NCBI GenBank assembly: GCA_038251535.1
Contig: JBBSBF010000001.1
Location: 2,232-66,231, forward strand
Direction: 5' to 3'
DNA from: Minisyncoccia bacterium
GTDB lineage: Bacteria; Patescibacteriota; Minisyncoccia; Phycocordibacterales; UBA9973
Length of the DNA stretch: 64,000 nt
Shown: positions 57,981 through 64,000 of the stretch, piece after piece
Layout: the number at the start of each line of letters is the position of its first letter
Numbering within the stretch: position 1 is the first letter of the stretch
Program-made: the position numbers and the translations under genes
The notes under the pieces: generated by a model
What the model saw: the letters and a program-made list of their open reading frames with translations, nothing else
Told to the model about the DNA's origin: nothing
The model's database searches: none

Positions 57981-59780
57981 ATGGAAATTCGAAATATCGC
58001 AATCATTGCCCATGTGGACCATGGAAAAACAACACTAACAGACAAAATGCTCGCCTTTTGCGGAGAGGTGCTTGATGGCGCGTCTATGGACTCCAACGCC
58101 ATCGAACTCGAACGTGGGATCACCATCTATGCAAAAAACACTGCAGTTTTTTACAAAGATACAAAAATCAATATCGTCGACACTCCTGGACACGCGGATT
58201 TTGGCTCAGAGGTAGAGCGTGTATTGCGAAGCATTGACTCAGTGCTCTTGATTGTCGATGCGCAAGAAGGACCAATGCCTCAAACTCGCTTTGTTTTGAA
58301 AAAATCCCTCGAACTCGGTCTCAAACCCATCGTCGTCATCAACAAGATAGATAAACCAGGAGCTGATTGTGCTGGTACGCACGATGCAGTGTTTGAACTC
58401 TTTATGGAGCTCGGCGCTACTGATGAACAACTTGATTTCACTACCGTCTATGCGATTGGGCGAGATGGAGTAGCTATGCGAGAACCAAACGATGAGAAAA
58501 AAGATCTCGCGCCACTTTTTGATACGATCCTTGAAAAAGTCCCGGTTGCGATCAACGATACGACCAAGTCATTTCGTATGCAGGCATTTAACCTTGCGTA
58601 TGACAACTTTCTCGGACGTCTCGCCGCAGGACGTGTGTATGAAGGAATTGCAAAGGCAGGAGACATCGTATTTGTTAAAACGATTGATGGCGAAGCTCGA
58701 CAAGCAAAGATCACCAAACTCTTTACCTTTCACGGTATGAAGCGTGAAGAAGTAGCCGAGGCGGTTGCAGGAGACATCGTCATGGTGGCAGGTATTCCGG
58801 ACATCTTTATCGGAGAGACCATCAGTACGGACAAAAACGCCGAACTATTGCCTGCGATCACGATCGATGAACCGACTATTGTGTTGGACTTTTTGGTCAA
58901 CAACTCACCGTTTGCAGGGAAAGAAGGGAAGTTTGTAACGAGTCGACAGATTCGAGAACGACTTGAGCGAGAGCTTGAAGTGAACGTTGGACTCAAGGTT
59001 GATTTCACTGCAAACCCTGATCGTATCGCCGAAGGCTTTACGGTGTTTGGACGCGGAGAAATGCACATTGCAGTCTTGCTCGAAACCATGCGACGAGAAG
59101 GATACGAAATCCAAGTCTCACAACCACAGGTCATCATCAAAGAAATAGAAGGCAAAAAGAGCGAGCCGTTTGAAGAAGTCACGATCGACGCACCTACCGA
59201 ACATCAGGGCGTTATTATCGAGAAGCTCGGCATGCGTGGGTTTATCATGGGAGATATGAAGTTGCACTCAACTACCGTGCGCATGGTGTTTACTGGTCCT
59301 ACTCGTGGACTCCTCGGATATCGAAACCAGTTTCTCGTTGATACAAAAGGCGAGGGCATCATGAGTGCTCGTGTGCTCGGGTTCCGTGCCTACGCAGGTG
59401 AGATCACGCGTCGCCAAGTTGGAAGCATGATCTCTATGGAAAACGGCAAGGCACTCGCATTTGCGCTCTGGGGACTACAAGATCGTGGCACGCTCTACAT
59501 CGGTCCGCAGACGGAAGTCTACGAAGGTATGGTGATCGGAAATACCAGTAAGGGTGAAGAAATGAAAGTAAACCCAACAAAAGGAAAGCAACTCACTAAC
59601 ATGCGTGCATCAGGAACTGATGAAGCAGTAACGATCATCCCACCTTGGACGATGACGATCGAACGTGGACTGGAAGTCATGAGTGATGATGAATTTCTCG
59701 AAGTTACTCCGATGAGCGTACGCTTGCGCAAGCAGTATCTCAATGAGACAGAACGGACGAAGGCGAAACGAGGGAAATAA
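57981..59780 (+). CDS. typA: Translational GTPase TypA/BipA
   Basis: [49 protein letters not shown]. Confidence 0.96.
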   Translation: MEIRNIAIIAHVDHGKTTLTDKMLAFCGEVLDGASMDSNAIELERGITIYAKNTAVFYKDTKINIVDTPGHADFGSEVERVLRSIDSVLLIVDAQEGPMPQTRFVLKKSLELGLKPIVVINKIDKPGADCAGTHDAVFELFMELGATDEQLDFTTVYAIGRDGVAMREPNDEKKDLAPLFDTILEKVPVAINDTTKSFRMQAFNLAYDNFLGRLAAGRVYEGIAKAGDIVFVKTIDGEARQAKITKLFTFHGMKREEVAEAVAGDIVMVAGIPDIFIGETISTDKNAELLPAITIDEPTIVLDFLVNNSPFAGKEGKFVTSRQIRERLERELEVNVGLKVDFTANPDRIAEGFTVFGRGEMHIAVLLETMRREGYEIQVSQPQVIIKEIEGKKSEPFEEVTIDAPTEHQGVIIEKLGMRGFIMGDMKLHSTTVRMVFTGPTRGLLGYRNQFLVDTKGEGIMSARVLGFRAYAGEITRRQVGSMISMENGKALAFALWGLQDRGTLYIGPQTEVYEGMVIGNTSKGEEMKVNPTKGKQLTNMRASGTDEAVTIIPPWTMTIERGLEVMSDDEFLEVTPMSVRLRKQYLNETERTKAKRGK

Positions 59781-59811
59781 AAAACCATCACGTACGTGAT
59801 GGAATATTTGT

Positions 59812-60066
59812 CTATGAGAGTTGTATATGCTCCCATGTAAAGGCCATTGCATAAAATATTGTGCAGCAAATAGCAACCAAAAAAAAGATTTTTTTAGCGA
59901 TCTTTATATCCCTTTTGGATTGTTCTATCTCGCTAAAATGACGAAGGGAATGATCGCTTGATTTTACTAACTGGTGTAAATGACTGTGTGCATTCAAAAT
60001 CACCCATATCACTATCCCCGAAAGCAGGAAGCATACGGTCGCAAGTATCAAGAAATATATTTTCAT
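59812..60066 (-). CDS. Small 2-TM AT-rich orphan
   Basis: TTGACA-N17-TAATAT on the minus strand; converges with typA on a hairpin. Confidence 0.6.
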   Translation of the reverse strand: MKIYFLILATVCFLLSGIVIWVILNAHSHLHQLVKSSDHSLRHFSEIEQSKRDIKIAKKIFFLVAICCTIFYAMAFTWEHIQLS

Positions 60067-60116
60067 ATTAAATGTAGTTTTTGCAATATTACAACTTATC
60101 TGGTACTATGTCAACC

Positions 60117-60824
60117 ATGAACGAAAAACGACTCAAAGAATTTTGGAACAAGGAATACAACGACCCAGGGATGTTTGCGCTCTCAGATGAAGTGAGCGCT
60201 GACTTGGTGAAATTTACTCGTTGGATGCAAAAGGAGTATGGCAAGGATGCCATCCGCTCTGATACTACTGTCGTAGATGCAGGGTGTGGTAATGGTCGCA
60301 ATCTCCTTTGGCTCAACGAGATGTATCGTGTGCGCGGATATGGATATGACATTTCCGAAATAGCGATTGCACAAGCGCAGGCAATAGCAGTCAAACAAAA
60401 GTGGGGGAGCAAACTCGCATTTTCTGTCCGTTCTCTTGATGAGCTTATCGCACTTCCAAATGACAGCGTTGATATCGTCATCGACGCGATGAGTAGTCAC
60501 TTTCTCAAGAACGTCGAACGAGCGAGATTTATCTTAGAAGTTGCACGAATACTCAAACCGCAGGGAGTGCTTTTTTTCAAGTCATTTTACGCAGAGCGCG
60601 ATACACACACGAAAGAAATGCTTGAGAAATACGGCGCAGGCGAAGAAAATGCATACATCCATCCCAAGCTCAAAGTGTACGAATACGTTTGGACCGACAA
60701 GGCACTAGAGGAATCGTTTGGTGAGCAGTTTGTCATGATGAAAAAAGAAGCGTCGGGTAAGCACCACATCAAAGGCAAACCCGCCAAACGTCGCAGTATC
60801 GTGTGTTATTTTGAGAAGAAATAA
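60117..60824 (+). CDS. Class I SAM-dependent methyltransferase
   Basis: VDAGCGNGRN, GYDIS..AI, RILKPQG. Confidence 0.88.
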   Translation: MNEKRLKEFWNKEYNDPGMFALSDEVSADLVKFTRWMQKEYGKDAIRSDTTVVDAGCGNGRNLLWLNEMYRVRGYGYDISEIAIAQAQAIAVKQKWGSKLAFSVRSLDELIALPNDSVDIVIDAMSSHFLKNVERARFILEVARILKPQGVLFFKSFYAERDTHTKEMLEKYGAGEENAYIHPKLKVYEYVWTDKALEESFGEQFVMMKKEASGKHHIKGKPAKRRSIVCYFEKK

Positions 60825-60843
60825 AAAATCCCACAAAGTGGGA

Positions 60844-61278
60844 CTAAAAATGAATACGATGCCAAAGAGTTGGTGAATGCAAAATTTGGCTTATCGCCAT
60901 AATAATCATCCACATCACTACGTCTAGAGCAAAAAAAATAATTAATTGTTTATTGCGTTTCGTAGATATTCGAATTTTGAGGAAAGGGATTTTATACGTT
61001 TCCTTTACCTGAGTCGGTTCTTCGTAAAAGTTTCCAACATCGATGCAAGCCGCAACAATAAAGACGAAAGAAATACTGATAAAAATCCAGAAAGAACAAA
61101 ACAACAACGCAGCAAAGGTAATCATGTGGCGAATGATTAAAAACCACATAAATGCAAAGCTGATAAGTGGATCTTTGCGCATGCTCAATAGTTGAACAAG
61201 CACGATGAAACCATATATCGCAACAATAAAAAGCTGACTTGTCGTTGTTGTGCTTTCATTAAAAAATGAAGTCATCAT
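60844..61278 (-). CDS. Multi-TM AT-rich orphan
   Basis: Hydrophobic 144 aa; TTGACA-N16-TAAAGT upstream. Confidence 0.6.
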   Translation of the reverse strand: MMTSFFNESTTTTSQLFIVAIYGFIVLVQLLSMRKDPLISFAFMWFLIIRHMITFAALLFCSFWIFISISFVFIVAACIDVGNFYEEPTQVKETYKIPFLKIRISTKRNKQLIIFFALDVVMWMIIMAISQILHSPTLWHRIHF

Positions 61279-61368
61279 AGTAAAGTTTTGATTGACTTTA
61301 CTTTTTTTATAGGGAATGTCAAATAACGCCTTTTAAAAAAACATAAATTACTATAGGATATCTTTGTT

Positions 61369-61441
61369 GCCACCTTAGCTCAGTTGGTAGAGCACAGCTT
61401 TCGTAAAGCTGGGGTCCCGAGTTCGATCCTCGGAGGTGGCT
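61369..61441 (+). tRNA. tRNA-Thr(CGT)
   Basis: GCCACCT/AGGTGGC acceptor, CAGCT-TT-CGT-AA-AGCTG, GTTCGATCCTCGG. Confidence 0.96.
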
Positions 61442-61487
61442 CAAGAATAGAGAGGTAGATTTGAACAAAAAGCGCTATACTAGAGGT

Positions 61488-62654
61488 ATGAAGGTACCGC
61501 TCAAGCAAAAATTGCCTCCAAAACCCCGTGTATTGTTGTTTTATGATGCGGACCACCAGATAGATGTAGCACACCCTCTCTACTCAGAGATCACCGTGTT
61601 TGGAGAAAAGTTCGAAGAAGTGCATGTCATCGTTACGCTCAAACAACTACCCAACAAGTTTCCCTTTGCGAGTACTCTCGGATCAAATATATTTCTTTAC
61701 TACATTTGTGAAGGCAGCATTATATTTACCTTTGATGAGATTCGGCCATTTTTGCGTTATCACCTCGTATGGAGAGCGAGATTTCGTCCTGACCTCATAC
61801 TCAACTATTCGGAGCGCAGTACGATATGGATCGCGTATTTCTTTGCGAGACACTATCAGCGCCCGCTCACCATGGTGACGTCGGGTACATTTTTAGACCT
61901 CCCTTTTTTCTCTCGCATGCAACTGCGTCAGTATATAGTTGCAAAGAGTGCAACGCAGATCATTGCTCCAGGGGAATTCATTGCAAATAACCTCATTAGT
62001 CGAATTCATGTTAGAACAGAAAAAGTTTCTGTGATAACACCAGCCATTGATATGAAATTTTTAGAAGGAAAGATTGCTCCAATCAGTTTTGCCAAACAAT
62101 TTCCTCCAAGTGTTTTTTTTCTCGTCAGCCATGTTACTGCCGCACACCAGAGAGATTTGGCATTTTTGTTGAATGTCTATACTGAGATTCATGCGCGATA
62201 TCGATGGGCTGGATTGGTGCTCATGGTGCCGAGCGCCCATGTTGGAGCGATTGAAAAAATCGTTGCGACAAAACAGGATACATCTATCAACGTTGTTGGA
62301 GCAGACGATACGATCGGCAATTATTTTGCAGGAGCGAATATATTTTTGTCAGTATCCGAATCAGCCGACACCACAAAAGCATTGATCCAATCGCTGAGTC
62401 TCCATACGCCAGTAGTCACTACTGCCACTCCTACTGCAAAAGAAATATTTACCGGATCGAGATACGAGCAGTTTGTGCAACCCTTTGGAGATGTCCGCGC
62501 GTACAGCGCCGCAGTCATTGAGCTGATCGAACATCAACAGGTGCGAGACGAGTATCGACTAAACGCATCAGTGTTGTTGGATAAAATTAAAGTGCAAACG
62601 GTGCCAGGGTATATGGCGACTCTCATCGCAACCATAACAAAGACTGTAGAATAA
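61488..62654 (+). CDS. Divergent GT-B (GT4-like) glycosyltransferase
   Basis: RPDLI, C-terminal ANIFLSVS...ALIQSLSLHTPVVTT resembling a degenerate ExxGxxxxEA motif. Confidence 0.65.
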   Translation: MKVPLKQKLPPKPRVLLFYDADHQIDVAHPLYSEITVFGEKFEEVHVIVTLKQLPNKFPFASTLGSNIFLYYICEGSIIFTFDEIRPFLRYHLVWRARFRPDLILNYSERSTIWIAYFFARHYQRPLTMVTSGTFLDLPFFSRMQLRQYIVAKSATQIIAPGEFIANNLISRIHVRTEKVSVITPAIDMKFLEGKIAPISFAKQFPPSVFFLVSHVTAAHQRDLAFLLNVYTEIHARYRWAGLVLMVPSAHVGAIEKIVATKQDTSINVVGADDTIGNYFAGANIFLSVSESADTTKALIQSLSLHTPVVTTATPTAKEIFTGSRYEQFVQPFGDVRAYSAAVIELIEHQQVRDEYRLNASVLLDKIKVQTVPGYMATLIATITKTVE

Positions 62655-62655
62655 T

Positions 62656-63537
62656 ATGGATGCGGAAATGATACAAAAGCAAATACTTGAGATAGAACAC
62701 GCGATGACGCAGAATAATTTTTGGCAAGACAAAGTAGTGGCACAAGAAAAGATAAAGCTACTCCAAGAGCTCAAGGATCAGTTGCTAGGGGGTGAAAAGT
62801 ATGACAAAGGAAATGCAATCATCACTATTTTTTCTGGAGCAGGAGGGGACGACGCCGAGGACTTTAGCGCCATGTTACTGCGTATGTACTCTAAATACAT
62901 TGAACAAAAAGGCTGGGGACTACAACCGCTTCATGAACACACCAATGATCATGGAGGATATCGCAATGTGGCGTTTGAGGTCGAGGGAAAGGGTGCATTT
63001 GGTGCACTAAAAAACGAATCAGGCGTGCATCGATTGGTACGTATTTCACCGTTCAATGCAAATGCGAAACGGCACACCTCGTTTTCGCTCGTAGAAGTTA
63101 TTCCTAAACTTACCAAGGCAGATACGACAGTGGTGATCCCAGAGAAGGATCTTGAGATATCATTTGCGCGTTCTGGTGGGCCAGGTGGACAAAATGTAAA
63201 CAAACGCGAGACAGCAGTTCGTATCGTACACATGCCAACGGGGCTCGCGGTGCATGTGACGAGTGAACGCAGTCAAGAACAAAATCGCGAGCGAGGACTC
63301 GAGTTGTTGAAAGGGAAGCTCTACAAACGTCAAGAAGAAGAACGCATAGCCCGCGAAAAGGGTCTCTACATCTCAAAGACAACAGAAATCGAATGGGGCA
63401 ATCAGATTCGTTCGTACGTATTGCATCCGTACAAAATGGTCAAAGACCACCGTACTGGTGTAGAGACCGGTAATGTTGATAAAGTCTTGAACGATGGCGA
63501 TATTGATGAGTTTATTGAGGCAGAACAATCGCTGTAA
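62656..63537 (+). CDS. prfB: Peptide chain release factor 2 (short N-terminus)
   Basis: GVHRLVRISPF, GGPGGQ, WGNQIRSY. Confidence 0.92.
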   Translation: MDAEMIQKQILEIEHAMTQNNFWQDKVVAQEKIKLLQELKDQLLGGEKYDKGNAIITIFSGAGGDDAEDFSAMLLRMYSKYIEQKGWGLQPLHEHTNDHGGYRNVAFEVEGKGAFGALKNESGVHRLVRISPFNANAKRHTSFSLVEVIPKLTKADTTVVIPEKDLEISFARSGGPGGQNVNKRETAVRIVHMPTGLAVHVTSERSQEQNRERGLELLKGKLYKRQEEERIAREKGLYISKTTEIEWGNQIRSYVLHPYKMVKDHRTGVETGNVDKVLNDGDIDEFIEAEQSL

Positions 63538-63577
63538 AAAAACTTTAGAACTCAATATGTTATACTAAAACATTGTT

Positions 63578-64000
63578 ATGATAAAATTTGTAAATGTCTC
63601 CAAAGTCTATCCAAATGGTTCAGTTGCCCTAGAAAATATCAACCTCGATATTGCCACAGGGGACTTCGTAACTATTATCGGCCCATCGGGTGCTGGCAAA
63701 ACGACACTGACCAAACTCATACTTTCCGAAGAAGAACCAACTGAAGGATCAGTATTGTTTGAAAACATCGATATCAACACGCTCTCTCGAGGAGAAACCA
63801 CACAGCTACGTCGTCGTGTCGGGACAGTATTTCAAGAATTTCGACTACTCGGAAGCAAAACTGCATATGAAAATATCGCCTTTGCAATGGAAGCCGCGGG
63901 TAAAAGTGATGAAGAAATAGTCTCTGATGTACCACACGTCCTGCAACTCGTTGATTTACAGGATCGAATGTTTCATTTCCCAAATCAACTATCCGGTGGA
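63578..64000 (+). CDS. ftsE: Cell division ATP-binding protein FtsE (runs off the window)
   Basis: Translated by hand MIKFVNVSKVYPNG...GPSGAGKTT...RRRVGTVFQEFRLL...LSGG; follows prfB. Confidence 0.85.
   Translation, partial: MIKFVNVSKVYPNGSVALENINLDIATGDFVTIIGPSGAGKTTLTKLILSEEEPTEGSVLFENIDINTLSRGETTQLRRRVGTVFQEFRLLGSKTAYENIAFAMEAAGKSDEEIVSDVPHVLQLVDLQDRMFHFPNQLSGG

Noticed and set aside
1-64000. Alternative genetic code (UGA as Gly or Trp)
   Set aside because: Conserved genes translate full length in code 11, several end in TGA, and RF2 is present.

Overview
Core-genome segment of a reduced bacterium. Gene content and style (VirD4/TraD-like ATPase, ECF sigma with a DUF5667-like partner, short Rel and RF2, tandem GH130s, no biosynthetic operons) point to Patescibacteria/CPR, probably Parcubacteria; this is inference, not a database result. 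The genetic code is standard. The window holds clpB, rlmB, gltX, engB, a mannoside-salvage cluster, a PIF1-like helicase, ychF, rpmG, miaA, parB, rel, topA, dprA, serS, dus, dnaX, a DEAD-box helicase, typA, prfB, ftsE and six tRNAs. The main unexplained structure is a ~4.5 kb array downstream of tRNA-Gln(TTG), 45807-50312. Unrelated single-gene units, most with their own promoter and terminator, are separated by eight ~28-bp direct repeats that look like the tRNA 3' end with a 5-nt insertion in the T-loop. No integrase, cas gene or RT is present in the window. A ~60-nt hairpin element with compensatory base changes sits at the same T-loop position in 3'-end duplicates of both tRNA-Gln (twice) and tRNA-Tyr. 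Core genes look largely leaderless (TGnTAnnnT 6-9 nt before ATG), while about a dozen AT-rich orphan genes, most with TTGAC-type promoters, are scattered singly between core genes. All calls come from reading the sequence by eye; no searches were run.
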